A stretch of 64,000 nucleotides of DNA. It comes from Ramazzottius varieornatus (Eukaryota > Animalia > Tardigrada). The notes beneath the pieces were generated by a model. The model saw only the letters and a program-made list of their open reading frames with translations. It made no database searches and had not been told where the DNA came from. Below, piece after piece: positions 44,944-59,000 of this stretch (within the stretch, counting starts at the first letter, position 1; each line of letters opens with the position of its first letter). The stretch is taken from the NCBI GenBank assembly GCA_001949185.1, contig BDGG01000001.1:7824149-7888148 (forward strand). The letters run 5' to 3'. The translations under genes and the position numbers were made by a program.

Positions 44944-46924
44944 AGAGTGTCGCGTAACGATGTGATGGGCAGAAAAGATAGAATATTATAGTCTGTTCCG
45001 GTTGGGCGTCAGTTTTCTTCTATGTTCTATAACGGAGTAGTTCCATGTTGACACATTTGTCCGCTGCTTTCCACTGAAAACTGCTGTCGCTCTTTTTTAT
45101 CAAGTTTGTCGCAAGAGTATTTTGTTTTCTCATCGAGTTGGGCCTACGTTTTCCGCTAGGCAAGGTCTACAGTGAAGGACATCGGTCATGTTGACGAGCA
45201 GGGCCGATAGGGAAAAACTTGTTCATTTTCTATCAGTTTTCCAGGATCCAGGATCATTATCCAGCGGCTCCGGCGGTTCACTTCGCAGCGTTACTCCGCT
45301 GCTTCACACCACTCCTTGTACATGAATATATATTGAACATAGTGGCATAACATACCTTTTAAGTTTTCTCGGTGTTGGAACGACGTTCCGAAGAAGGAAA
45401 ACAAAACGTCAGTTCGGAAGAGGTCTGTGGAGATCAGTGGAATTTAGAATTAGTTGGAAATCAAATCAACAATCAAACAGAGCTTCAGATGTTCACGCGA
45501 CTTAGCACCATAAAAAATCGCTCTTGTCCACAAATTGATTGAGCGACAGTCAATCATCAAATCGACGGCAAGGACACTTCAACATAGCGTGGCGGTGGTT
45601 AGCGGGTTTGTGGAATGGTCTGATGCCGTTGCGTGTCCGCATTGCACGTTCTGGTGTTTCGCAATTCAAAAAATTAAATGCAGTAAGGTGGTCCAACGAT
45701 TGATTTCCAATGAAATGAAGACGTGAACGGCCGGAAGTACTGACGTCAGCGAGCTACCGGCCTTCTACTATGCTTGATTTCCCTCCTTGATTGACGAGGA
45801 GCAGCTTCAAAGGTTGGAAAGAGTGACGATCAGCTCAAAAGACATGGTTAAAAGTGGATGTTCGTGTATCGATAAAAACACATCTCGAAACAAGACGAAC
45901 ACCAGGTCGCGTCCAGAGAACTCAAATTGTAAGCAAAGGGTGGTCAAGACAAATATTTTGGGAATAGTGGTATACGGAGCCCTCCTGCGACAGCCACTCT
46001 AATGTTGGCCTAGCAAGGTTGATTGCAAACGGAACCATGGACCGGGGTAAACTCCTTAGTGAGTGGATCCGGTAGCCCACAGTCTCAGAAGCCCTGTTGG
46101 CTTGAACTCGGACCGAGTAACCGTCCTCTGACGAAGAAAAATGGCTAGGCAGCCAAAGTGGCAAAATCAACATCTGCCAGCCCTGAAATGCTAACTTTAC
46201 AAATGATACTCGTTTCCGACTGTATTCTGCCGATATTGTGATGTCCTGTGGCCTTGATGGGACAAGTTCCCGTGCTGATGGACTTTAAACCAATAAACCA
46301 ATAAACCAATAAAAAATGAAATGTCAGCCTGTACCCCCGAAGTAATGGCCAATAGACCATGGAGAACCCAACATGAGCCCACTAGAAAGCGTACTGTGTA
46401 AGCCACAACCTGGGACAAAACCCTTCAGCGGGACAGCAAAAACTGCGGATCAACCGCATACCAGAAAAATTCGAATAAGAAGGAACACATAGAGGGGCAT
46501 GTTTTGTGTAACACAAAACCGTCCGACAGGACCACAGGATCACGAACTGAACATCAGAAACAAGACATTCTAACACGGATAAGCTATATGAGAAAGCCAC
46601 GGTCCATTCTCCGCAGAAGCCAACTGTTACCGAGTGCGCTTTGATTTGAGGCTGGCGAAGAGGTCGCTTCATCCCCGTGAGAAATCAGAGACCGGGAAGA
46701 ATCACTTGAACTTGAGGGAGAAGATCCAAAAGACGCGTACTGACGACTGAGAGGCAGGTGCGAAGAGCGAAGACCGTCAGACCCGTAACTGCTGTCCGAA
46801 GTGGAAAGCTGGTCCGAGAAGGGCGAAATCCTGTGCAACTAAATCAAGAAAGAAAACAATCTAGAAAAAACAAAATTCAAGAAAAAGTCGTGTAGCTCTC
46901 TCTCTGTCTCAAGTTTTCCAGAAA

Positions 46925-48815
46925 ATGTCTGAGCAACCTCCTCCGTCGTCCGACTCGAAACTAGAACACCTTGTTCCTGCGTCGCTTATGAAGATGCTAA
47001 CCGCAACCAAACGGAAGAAACGTACGTCATTCTTAGCTGAAATCTAATCGGTTTTTGTGGTGCTAGCGCTTTCTGGTGTTTGCCGTTTCCATTTTTCACG
47101 GTTTGGGAGTGGTTTGCAGATGGTGCGGTGGTACTGTACGAGGATGGCGCATTCCAGAAACGGCCAGATGACGTCTCAGTGGATACGACCTCGGTTTTCC
47201 ATTGTTGAAACGTACCCCGAGCTGGAGGGTCTAGCTTCTGAGTTGAAGATCCGAGTCTTCTGGAACAACGAGTATCCCCCTTCGGGAGCATCCGTAGTTG
47301 GTGTTGGGAATGATGCTGATATGAACGCTCTGTACCTCCAAAAGCTAGAGGAGACTGGCCAGACCGATCAAAAACAGGTAAATCCCGCCTTTTCACGTTT
47401 CACTCTTATCAATAGTAGCAATCAGCTGTCTCTGACCGAGCTTTTAAACGACAAAGTCTGGTCAGGGCATTCAGTAACCAATCGAACATCCGTTCCGCTT
47501 GAGTAAGCTTACACGCATGTCATTCAATATGTTGTAGCCACCGTCGGCAGCTGTGAAGAAGAAGGCCAAGCAAGAACGGAAGTCCAAGTCGATAGCTCAA
47601 CAACAGGCCGACAAGCAGAACAGCAGGGAAGTTCTGACGCGGCAGCATCTTAACGACGCCTCGGGTCATCCTGCTTTCGTTGAGTCACTTTCGAATGAGA
47701 GTTCCGAAGACAAGCTGCTGAAAAACACGGAGGAAACGTCAGAGAACGAGCCAAACGTGCAGACCATGCTTCTCGAGAACAGCGGGGTCTCATTCGAAAG
47801 TAAGCTGCAAGCCATGCCATAATCCCTATGACACGACCAATTTTTTACAGGAAGCTCATACGAAACGTCCACTAGTACGAACAACACCGGAAACGTCATC
47901 GGCGATCTGGACGAACAAAGTAAGTCTCTGTACGAAGCATCACGTGAATCGTTTCAGTGGTTCTAATTTCGGTGTGGTCATTTGCTCCGCAGGAACAAGT
48001 GTCGTCGGCTATGGAATACCTCAAGTACGTAAACAAACGGAAGCTTCATGAAAAGAAAGCGGAAAGTAAGCCAGCCCTTTTCAAGTTTTCTCTCTTTGCC
48101 TTCGGTTTGTTTCCACTGCTCCGGTGCGTTTCAGAGTATCGTCAGAAGGAGAAAGCTCATCCGTGCTACGTGTCACCTCCGAAGCGACAGAAACTAGGTA
48201 AGTAACCGTTTGACACAGGGTGATGAAAATTAGATTTGGCACATGCACGCAATACATTACACGGTTTAAATCCAACTTTCACGGGTTTACTGAGTCATGT
48301 TTCACAGATGTCAATCGAGTCCCTTTTTCATTCCTGAAGTCACAACAAGCGGATAAGACTAGTTTCAAGCAGCTGGTGGACAACTCGGACATCTGGGTGG
48401 GCAGCGCAGTTCTGAAAGCTTTGTACAAGACCTCTCCGTCGCTGACCAAGTACGCCAGGATGCTGATGTGGGACGTCATTTTGACCCGTCAAGATATTCT
48501 CACCATGAACCAGCTGAAATCTCAGAGCGTTGGCTTCGTCAAGCTGTTCGGTGAAAAGAACTTCAGAGATGTCTACGGTCGTGATAAAAAAAACATGATA
48601 ACAGTGGGTGGCAAACTGACGGTGATGCAGCTTGGTTGTTTCACCTGACTTTACCGTCCGTTCTTTTCGGAGGTCGCATCTGCAGAGTTCGTGAACGAAA
48701 GGAGAAGGCGTCAGCTGGTGACAAGTGGAAGGAAGCCAATCTGAAGTCGCTGCAGGAATACAAGAACATGTGGCGCAAAGTGGACCTCGAAAAGAAGTAT
48801 TCCTCTCAGACCTGA
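46925..48815 (+). pseudogene. Frameshifted paralog of the BEN-like gene at 33147-35311
   Basis: LKIRVFWNNEYP..ASVVGV..MNALY aligns with MKVRVYWDTAHP..ATVISV..MNMLF. DIWVGSAVL..YARMLMWDVILT..VGFVKLFGEKNF aligns with DIWVKQSLL..YAQKLMWKALIS..VGFAKLFGTGNF. Apparent frameshifts near 47185 and 48700. Confidence 0.7.
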
Positions 48816-48946
48816 CAGCTTGATTTCTCACGAGCGTAGATTTCTACCGTATCCTGATGAACCCTTTCAAATCTCTATTCTGTTGGTCTCTTAATGGACA
48901 CTGGACGAGGTGAGCTGAGTGTGATGGCGGGTAGTAAGGTCAAGCG

Positions 48947-50340
48947 ATGGCGTGTCGCGAGGTATTAATAAAGCTTTCTGCGTATGCAAAAGACTGGTTG
49001 GACGCTTGGAATGAAGCGGGTTTTGCGAAGATGCAGGCCTTGCCTGATGATGCCAGTGTTCGAGAAAGAATTGACAAATGTCAGAAGCTAGCTCCAGTCA
49101 GACTGACTCATACAGTGACTTTGGGTCCTCGGCAGGCGAAGTGTGTGAAAGCAGAAACAGAGGATGGAGTGTACGCCAATACTCCATGTATCGAGGTAGG
49201 TCCCCGGCACAAATTGTTCTCGACGTCCAATGTCATTTGTAACTACGCGATCCAGAATCTCGTAGAAGGGAAGTTAGACATTTGTCTTTCAAACTTCAGT
49301 AATAGGTGGGTTACTTTGAACGGAAATTCACATGTGGCTAACGCTTTCTCTCAGATTGAGAAGGAAGAGCTGGTTGAGTTTGACGGTGATGACAATGCGA
49401 TATCTACATACACTGAGAGGGGATCACTACCCGAAAACTTGACCGAGGTTCCCGAATGGGAAAGGTTATTTAATATCGATAACCCAGCTATGACTGATGT
49501 CATGAAGGACCAGTTGAGGGAAGTACTGCGTAGCGCCAGTGGAGTAATGCCAACCAAGGATACGCCATTGGGCCGTTGCAATTTAGTGAAGCATAAGATT
49601 AACACAGCGGACTCAGCTCCCATCTAGGTCCGACCCATCCCATACAACCTCGAGAAAAGGAAACTAATGATCACGTGAAAGAGATGTTAAAGAACAACCT
49701 TATCACAGCTGCTGAGAGCCCATGGGCTTTTCCGTGTCTTCTAGTTAAAAAGAAGGATGGCAGGATGCGGGTCGTGGCAGACTTCCGGAAGTTGAACGAC
49801 GTGATGGAGAAATGTTATTATCCTCTTCCTAACATAGACGATTGTCTCCACAGCATGAAGGACTCTGAATGGTTCACCTCGCTAGATTGTGCTAATGCGT
49901 TTTGACAGATGGAACTTCAAGAGGAAGACATGAAGAAGGCGACCTTCTGTACGCAGGACGGTGTATGGAGTTACAATGTAATGCCAATGGGCTTACGTAA
50001 CGCTGGCTCGTCATGGCAGGCAGCTATATATGCACGTCATATTGGCTGGACTACAATTCTAGGAATCTTTAACGTTTTTCGACGATTGTCTGGTGTTCGG
50101 AAGGACATTTCTTGACCACTTAGAAAGGTTGAGGGAAGTTCTGAAAGCTTTTGAAAGAGCAGGTTTAACGGTCAAACCCGTTAAGTGTAAATGGGCGGAA
50201 AACTCGGTGTTGTTTCTGGGACATAAGTTGTCCAAGGAAGGAATCGAACCGGACGTAGAGAAAATCCAAGCCGTGATGGCTATGTCCCCGCCTGCAGACA
50301 TCAGAGGTGTACAACGGCTCCTGGGTTCTTGTGGGTTCCC
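48947..50340 (+). mobile_element. Ty3/Gypsy LTR-retrotransposon pol remnant (RT)
   Basis: VKHKINT..API, SPWAFPCLLVKKKDG.MRVVADFRKLN, YPLPNIDD, FTSLD, MPMGLRNA, FDD, HLERLREVL, FLGH. Contains in-frame stops and frameshifts. No LTRs found. Confidence 0.9.
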
Positions 50341-50681
50341 GAAGAGTTCCGAATTACGAGACCGGGATAATCCCAGCCAAAAAACAGGACCGGGATCGTC
50401 CGCCCAGGAGGACCGGGAAAGCTAGCTTGAGTGGTAATTAGATTGGAAATGTATGGGAAATGTTCAGAATCGGGACTGGATGCTCGGACTCCCGAGCTAG
50501 CAGTCTACCTGTCCGCTGCGTAAACCACGTTCATCGTAAACCACGTTACTTTGTAATAGAAAGTGAGGCTAAGGCTTATCGCACACCGGAGGCAACTCTG
50601 TATCTACTCGGTCGCTCTGGTTTGCTGTTTCGTTTGATTCTCTCCTGCTGCTGCATTTTTCTCGTCAGTAGTTTTCACTCA

Positions 50682-51046
50682 GCACAACCAGCCTCACGAA
50701 ACAGGATGGATCACTTCAAGTGCGGACTCAAGATTATCCTGGAGTCGCAAATATGCGATGGTGCAAAAGACTGCGCCAACGGGGAGGATGAACAGCCTAC
50801 CAACGCTCTCATCTCCGTCGGAACTCTGTTTGGGATTGTTCTGTTGGTTTGGGTTGCCAACTGCGCAGCGGCTTACTGGCGATCTAAGAAGATCCACGCT
50901 CGTACGAAGGAGCGAGCTCGCGGCCAGAACATAGTGGAAGAGCGACTGGGATGTGGACATCCGGAACCCGCGCAACTTCGAACACAGCAAAGCAAGATAC
51001 GACTGGCTTTGCCAGCTCCGTCCTCCACGATTAGCTTTCAGCAACG
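50682..51046 (+). other. Exon-like fragment encoding a partial LDL-receptor class A motif plus a transmembrane helix
   Basis: FKC...QICDGAKDCANGEDE (LDLa C-terminal half, 3 Cys only), followed by ALISVGTLFGIVLLVWVANCAAAYW-RSKK. Flanked by AG and GTAAGT. Confidence 0.45.
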
Positions 51047-52159
51047 TAAGTTTGCAACACATATCCGTGGTTCTACTCAGCAGTATTCTCGTTCGGTAAT
51101 CAAAACACAATCATTTTTCAGATGTTTGCACAGAAACGTCGCGATACCAATCCTTGCAAGTAGCGTGGAGTACTGGATGACTTTGCTTGCCTTGACTTGG
51201 TCTTCGGAGATTTTAGTTTTTGTTCCTTCTTGCCGCAGTATTACGTGCTTGTTATTGCTCACTCTTCCGATCTGCCATCCAGTTTAATCTTTCAGAACTC
51301 CGTCGTTCATAATGCTGCACGTTGCTTCCAGTACGGGGTAGATGACTTATTACGGACACAGTGGATGTCAGCTCGACCGTAAGAATAAAAGTCGTAGACT
51401 AGTCAGTTGCGTTTGCACTATGCCTTTGGTGCTCTGGGGATGAACTGGACATCGCCGATCTGGATGACAGACCTTCAAGAACCAAGTCTGTACTTGAAGA
51501 ACTCAATACGTGATTCGAAGAACCCAGCCATGATTCAAAAAACCCATCCATTATTCATCCGGCGGTAGAACCTAGTGGTGAACACGGAAGGAGTAACCGC
51601 AAAAGTAACATTAATCTCGTCACCATTCCGGATACCTGGTCAAATATAAAGGCCGAAAGCAATCGAATCCGTTATGACTCGCTCCTGACGGTCGAGCTCC
51701 GTTCCGAATTAGTCCGGACCATCCTCCTCATCGTCTTCTTCTGTAACTCGCAACTCGGATGCTCAATTCAAAACACTGAACATCAACATCACAAGGCCGA
51801 AATATCTGCCGACCGCAGCAGTGCAATGTGATTAGTCCATAGTTGGGGTCGAGGCGCCATTCTGTTCAAGCGATGCTGTGGCCTAATAACCCTACATTTA
51901 CCTCGTAACTTCTTCGTCGGAGTCGGCTTGTGTTCGGAATAGTGATGTTGGCATAGGGGAATCCCGACCTAATATAATTTTGATCTAATAAAGTCGAGCT
52001 GCCAGAGTTTCAATATAATCTTAGTATAATGTGCCGCGATCTCGGAGCATGTAATATGATGTTAATATATCAACTTGTTTCGTCGGGTGCTTATTATAAT
52101 ATAATATAATATTTCTGAACCGTGTGTGAGCTGGTAATGATCATTACACGCAGATGGTC

Positions 52160-52530
52160 CATGTAATGTAAACTGTAATGTAAAATGGTGTAATTGTAAA
52201 ATTGTAATTACATTATAAGATCGTAATCACATTTTACACCAGTTTACATTTTACAAACCGACTATTTTATTACGTATGGATGGAGCGATTAAAACAATAC
52301 GGGTTGCAATAGACATAAGCTTACACAATGGCCATATTGACGAAGTTTTTCACAATTCTCCCACGTAAATCAGCCGGGTTTAGATTTTCCTCGGCAAGAC
52401 GCTTGAACATACCACAGATTTCCAGCTTGAAACTTGTAATTACATTTTGCATTTACATTACAACTTCCCGGCGGTTATATGTCGTGTAAAAGTGTAATTG
52501 TACTGTAAAATGTAGTGTAACGTAAAATTT
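52160..52530. repeat. Dense TGTAA/TTACA motif array (probable transposon subterminal repeats)
   Basis: Many TGTAA and TTACA copies in alternating orientation blocks inside the hAT left end. Confidence 0.55.
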
Positions 52531-53084
52531 AATGCTCGATTACTGTGAGCAGAGCAAGGGAACTTTCGTCCTCAGTCCTAACATCGCTTTGGTGTTACCG
52601 AGCCAGGGAACTTTCCTCCTTACTTACTTTTTCAGTTGACCAAATGTTCTTTAGATCCAGCAGCAGATAGATCAAAACTCTTCCAAGAATTATCTTCGAA
52701 CCGTCGAGCAAAAACTAATTAGTCATCGTCGCTAGGAGTGTTACGCAGACAAAGCACTTTTCTTTCCAAATGGCGTCCAGCCTGTCTGTTCGCTTTCCCT
52801 ATGGTCGATAGGGTGGCAATGGCGACAAAGCGCTCCAGCGCACTCGATGCAGCTGAAATCGCCAGTATGTCGAGTGCGAGGCGACTCAAAAGAGGGACCT
52901 TTCCGTTTGCAGATATCCAGAATTCTTCCGGATTGCTGTCGATTTGGTCTGTCGAACACATGGGTATTTCCATGTAGGGCTGACTCTTCATTTCGACTGG
53001 AGACTTCGAAGCAACCGTTTCACTCTCAGCAATTTCACTTTCCTATTAATTTAAATTTCCAATCGACTTGATTGACCCTCCCGC

Positions 53085-56000
53085 AGACCGCCATCTTGTC
53101 TGCACCTTCTTGGCCCCCAGTGGTAGTTGAGAGCTCCCTGCTTGCAAAAGTAGGAACTCTGTGACGCTACAGGCGCATTGGGATCGGCAGCTGGCTAGCC
53201 AAGGGACCTCCGTCGAGTGAGTCGCTCCCTAAATATCTGTCTTACCGAGGAAGATCTCTCTCTTTCGAGGCGTTTTCTCTCTTACAGATCGCTATGCCTG
53301 TACCGCAACCCACTGGAGAAGTTGGGAGGAAGCTAGTAGTCCGGTACACGAACGTAAACGGTATCCGGAGCAAGATCGAAGAAGTTAAGAAGTGGATGGA
53401 AGAAGGGAAAGCGGATGTCGTTGCGCTTGTTGAGACCATGGCTGACACGGCTACGGTTGACTGCTCTTTCTGCGACCTTCTACGACTTAATAGGCTTGGA
53501 TGCAGAAAAGAGTCTGGTGGTGGTGTCGCGCTAGCCGTCAAGAAAGACATCCAGATCATCAGGATGTATGAACTGGAGGTTGCAGGTCTCGAAGTTTTAT
53601 GGGTAAAGGTAATAGCATTACGCATGAACTTGTTGTTAGGAGCGATCTACGCTCCTGTCTACGACGACGACGTCTTCAGTAAGCTACGTACCTCCATGGA
53701 GCGCATTCCTCCCTATCTTCGTCGAAACATCGTCCTAGTCAGGGTTTTCAACTGCCCGAAACTTAACTGGTCGAGGGATGCTGGCGGCGCATCAGAGAAA
53801 GAAAGAGACTTGCTGTCCCTGCAGAAAGAGTTCCGGCTATGGCAGAAAGTGAAAGAATGTACGAGACAGCGTGGAAGTAGCAGCTCATCGCTCGACCTCG
53901 TCTTCTCCTCCCAAGTTAGTCTAGTTCGCGGCGTGCGGATCATTAAGCCTCCTGCAGCTACATGGCTAACCACCATGGCCTACGATTCAGCCTCGAGACC
54001 ATGACGCCAGAGACGAAGGTGAAGCCAAGGAAGATATGGAAAGTTGATGACGGTGCAAGAAAATTTCGCACTAGCCTTTCTTCCGTTGATTGGGGTGCTT
54101 TCTTTGATATGCACTGTAATGCTGACGTGGCAGTTATATCGTTTCAGGAACTGTTCCTCGCAACTGCAAAAGACTGCTTCCAGCTCAGGTCTGTAGGATC
54201 CAGACGCCTTCTACGTCCCTCGCTTTCGGCCACGACTGTTGAGTCTACGAAAGTCCAGACGTGGCTTTCAGAAATAGAGGAGGACAAAGGATTCGAAAGA
54301 TTACGATGCTTGGAAGGAATCGGAAATCCTAGCAAGAGACTGATTCGCGCTGATCGATATCGAAAACTCCGTACCATCGCATCGTCATCCAAAAGAAACC
54401 CACGAGCGGTCTGGCAGTATCTCAAGAAGAACACCGTCTCAAACCCCTCCCTCCCATTCCGATTCCAGGCAGCGAAGACAGATATCTGGTTCATCCTCAA
54501 GACAAAGCAAACTGTCTTCGCCAAAGAGTACGTCGATTGTCCAGCCCACTGCAGTCAGCAATACAAGTCCCTACCATGTCGAATAACTCCACCGTCCATT
54601 GTCCTGAACTGCAGATCTCCACTTCATCGATTCTGAGCATCATCCGCAAGCTGGACGCCCGAAAAGCAGCTGGCTCCTCTCTTATAACGAACCATCTTCT
54701 TAAGATTGCAGGTACAACCATCATCTACCCTCTCTCGAGGCTCTTCAACCTGATCCTTTTGTCTGGAAAGTTTCCCACAGTCTGGAAGATGGCAGACGTC
54801 GTTGCCGTTCCGAAGAAAGGTGGATCCGCCTTCCGCACAATATCGCTCCTGCCTCCCCTCTCAAAGCTCTTCGAGAAAATTCTCGCCGACCATGTCACCC
54901 ACTTCCTCGATAGCAACAAGCTGTACTCGGATTCTCAGTTTGGTTTTAGGCGTCAGCGGTCTACGGAGATGCAGCTCTTGCAGATGTGTCATCAGTTCTC
55001 GCAGGTCCTTTTGGAGAGGAAAGAAGCAGACGTCATCTTTCTCGATTGTACCAAGGCCCTCGACAGACTACCGCATGACGTCATAGTCACTAGTCTCCAG
55101 AAGCATGGCGTGGATGAACACCTCCTGGCGCTCTTCTCTGACTACTTGAAGGGTAGAAGTCAGAGAGTGATGGTAGATGGTTTCTTTTCAGAAGAGATAG
55201 CAGTGAAGTCTGGAGTACCTCAGGGTTCCATCCTGGGGCCTACCTTCTTCACTGGTGCAGTAAATGGCCTTTCGGGAGCTGTCCAGTCAAGAGTACTACA
55301 GTACGCAGATGACATTGTCCTGTACAGGAAGGTGAGTGGTGAAGAAGACTACCATGCTTTGCAGGAAGACCTGAACAATTTGGCAAAGTGGTGTTCCGAG
55401 GTTGGCCTCGAGATCAACCCCCAAAAATCGCATCATCTCCGCATCTCTAATAAGATCAAAAAGACTGCCATTCCAGCTGTTGGCTACAGCTTCAATGCAG
55501 TGGTCATCCCGACTGAAGCCGAAGCCGAGTGCTTAGGTGTGACGATCTCGAGCCGAATGGACTGGGCAGGTGAAGTGGAGAAGGTGGTAGCCAAATGCAG
55601 AACAAGACTTTACTTCATCAAAGCCTTTTTCCCTCGTCGTTTCGGTATAGTCATGCAGCTTCTTTTCAAGAGCTTAGTTCGATCAGTAATGGACTATGCT
55701 TCATCATCATGGCACACCACGGGCAAAGGGCTACAAAAGAAGCTTGAGAACATCCAAAAGAAATTCCTGCAGGGTGCCTGGGCTGCTTGGAAGGTAACGA
55801 AAGATACGATGCAGACTTCGCGCAATACCGGCAACATCTCGGCGAGACTGGGTGGTATCCTTTATGGCAAAGAAGACTAGAAGGTATTCTGTTAAATACA
55901 TACAAGATCTGGAAAGGCATGTTTGCAGGTGGCGACCTCATCATGAAAAGAGAAATGCCCGGAAGGACCACCAGGAGCCAGATTTCCTCCTGTCACATCT

Positions 56001-59000
56001 CAGCTTCGCTCCAGCATCGTGCAAGCTGTTGGACTCCCCTATCGCCTCCTTCACCTACGTTGCTGCAGAGATTCTCAAAGATCCACTCTTCAGCCTAGTC
56101 CTGGTCAGTTGCTCACTCTTGGCGCTTTTAAGAACTACTTGTTAAACTGTTAAATTGAATCCTTCCGCTGTTGAGTCCTTCCTCTGTTGAACTCTGGATC
56201 CTTATTTTGAATACGCCTCATCTGAACGGGAAGATGTACCTGCTTACAAGATTATCGTTTCGACGTGGAATTCATGCACCCATTTCGGTGAAGAATGGAA
56301 AATTCCCTCGTTTACTTCCATCGTCCTCCCGTCCTCTCACCCGACCTCTAGCAGACTCCTGGAGGTTTCGCGGACCACGTAAGGCTGGCCAGGTACGTTT
56401 TTCATACCTGGTGCTGTGGTCACAGAGTCTGCTGCAGCGTATTCTTTCAGGTCCATCTGGTGACAGCTGTCTCTCAATCAAGAATCAAGCAACCCGACTG
56501 GCATCAAATTTCCGCCTGAACAGCGGTGGCGCCAAGGCTGACAGCCAACATTTCTCGGCCCCAAACCAGTGCAGCACCGCCACTGAAACAGCATGCAAGG
56601 AAGAAACGGCCGGATAACAACGCAGCCATTCGTAAGAGAGTAGAAGCCAAGTTGAACGAAGGCGACATCAGTGGGGCTGTTCGGAGGTTAGCGTCAGAAG
56701 ACTTGATAGCGCCGAGAAACACGGAAACGCTAGAGTCACTGATAAAGATGCACCCAGCAGAGCAACCTGACGTCGATAACATGATCTTACCTGACGACCT
56801 TGCCAGCGGCTAACATAGCCACGTCTGAAGAGATACGAAACGCCATCCTCAGCTTTCCGAATGGGTCGGCAGATGGAGCAGACGACCTACGCCCACAACA
56901 CCCGAAAGATTTAACTTCAGGCCTGAGCGACGTCATGGCAGAGGAGATGCTGGAGGCGCTCGCGTCACTAGCGTCACTGTTGTTGAGTGGAAAGGTACCA
57001 GGGGAGGTCTGCCCCTTCCTGTGAGGAGCTTCACTCATCGCTCTGACTAAGGCGGGATCCGTCCCATCGCCGACGGTTGCACTTTGCGACGCCTAGCAGG
57101 GAAGGTTGTCAGCAAGCGAGTGATGCAACCGATGGGCGAACTGTCGCGGCCGGAGCAGGTCGGCTATGGCACAAGGGGAGGTGCTGAAGCTGCAGTTCAT
57201 TCGGCGAGCCTCTTCGTCACGCAGAATGAGAAAGATTGCCAAGTTCTTCTAAAGCTAGACTTCAAGAACGCTTTCAATACTGTTTTTGGAGATAAGATGT
57301 TGTTAGAAGTTCAGAAGTGCGTCCCACAATATTTTCTCTTCGTGTACCAGATGTACGGTCAACCATCAAACCTGTTCTACGGCGACCAGATTCTGTCGTC
57401 GGCCAGAGGCGTCCAACAAGGCGATCCCCTCGGACCACTCCTTTTCTGCCTAGTGACACGAGAACTGTCCAAGTTCCTCCAGTCGCCCTTCAATTGTTGG
57501 TATCTGGATGATGCGACAGTTGGAGGGAATTCAGACATCGTGTACCACCCTCGGCTTGGAGCTAAACATGTCCAAGTGTGAGATGTACATTTACGGAGGC
57601 AGCAAGAAAGAACAGGCGACCACAAAGTCCATGGTGGAAAGAATTTTCCCAAAGTTGGCTTTCCTGACGAATGCAGATCTGCTGCTTCTGGGTGCGCCCA
57701 TCCTCGAAGATGCTTTCCCTTCAATCCTCCAAGAAAAGACAAGACAAGCGAAACTGATGGCAACGAGACTCGCGAAACTCGGGGCTCACCCCGCCTTGTT
57801 GCTGCTAAAGAACTGCTTGTTCTTGCCCAAGCTTCTTTACATCTTACGTTGCAGCCCCGTCTGGAAGTTTCCTGCACTACTGCGCAACTTCGACGAGGTT
57901 CTTCGAAGCAGTGTCGCCATCATTACCAACACCAAGATGACGGATTCAGCCTGGAGGCAAACTAACTTGGCAGTCGTAAAAGGTGGCCTCGACATTCGCC
58001 GAGCAGAAGAGATAGCCCCTCCGGCCTACTTGGCCTCTATTTTTTCTGCGAAGCGTTTGGCATCGTCGCTGATTTCGACGTGGACGAGCTCTGTGCTGCC
58101 GAGCAGTCAGCGTGGGTTAAGCAGTCTGGTATTGAACTGCCAATGCCAAAGCTGCGGGTCCACCAACGGTTGTGGGACCAGCCGATCGCCCAGAAGCACT
58201 TTCTCGCAGTCGTGGCTTCCTACTCTGAGTCGAAAGAGGAAACGGCTCGAATCCTCGCCGCTTCCACGAAGGAGTCTGGTGCGTGGCTGAATACGTTACC
58301 GGCATCCTGTCTGGGTAACCTTCTCGACGACGACTCACTGCGCATTTCGGTCGGTCTCCGGCTAGGAGCCCCGATCTGCGAACCTCACACATGTCGGTGC
58401 TCGGCTACGGTCGACATCCACGGGCGCCATGGTTTGAGCTGTAAGTATTCTGCTGGCCGCCACAGCAGACACTCCTCCCTTAACGAGTCCTTGCGGCGTG
58501 CTTTAGTCTCTTGTCAGGTCCAAGCCGTCTTGGAGCCCAACGGAGTCCTGCGGGACGACTCTCAGAAAAGGCCAGACGGGATGACGCTGGTTCCTTGGAA
58601 GGAGGGCAAGGCGCTGGTGTGGGATGTGACCTGCGTCGAGTCCGTCTGCCAGACCTATCGTAAGGGTTCGGCGCAGAACGCGGGCTACGCAGCTAACAAG
58701 GCCGAGGAGAACAAACGTCTGAAGTACCAGAAGAAGGCAGCTACATTTTTTTTGTCCAGTTGGTTTCGAGACCTTCGGTCCTGCAGCTACCAGCCTCTTG
58801 AGAGATAGATAGGATAAAGAATGGCTGACCGAACCGGGGAAAAGAGATCCTCGGAATTTTTGAGACAGAGAATTAGCATTGATATTCAGAGGGGCAACGC
58901 AGCCTGTGTTTTAGGCACGTTCATTTCTTCTCGCGGTTTGGATGAAATTTTTACATTTTAAGTGTGAGTAGCGAGATAGTCTAGCGTGTTTTTGTTTTCT

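Noticed and set aside
45922-46838. Ser-rich minus-strand ORFs divergent from the second BEN-like gene, tested as a transposase counterpart
   Set aside because: No similarity to the transposase at 30-33 kb and no identifiable motifs.
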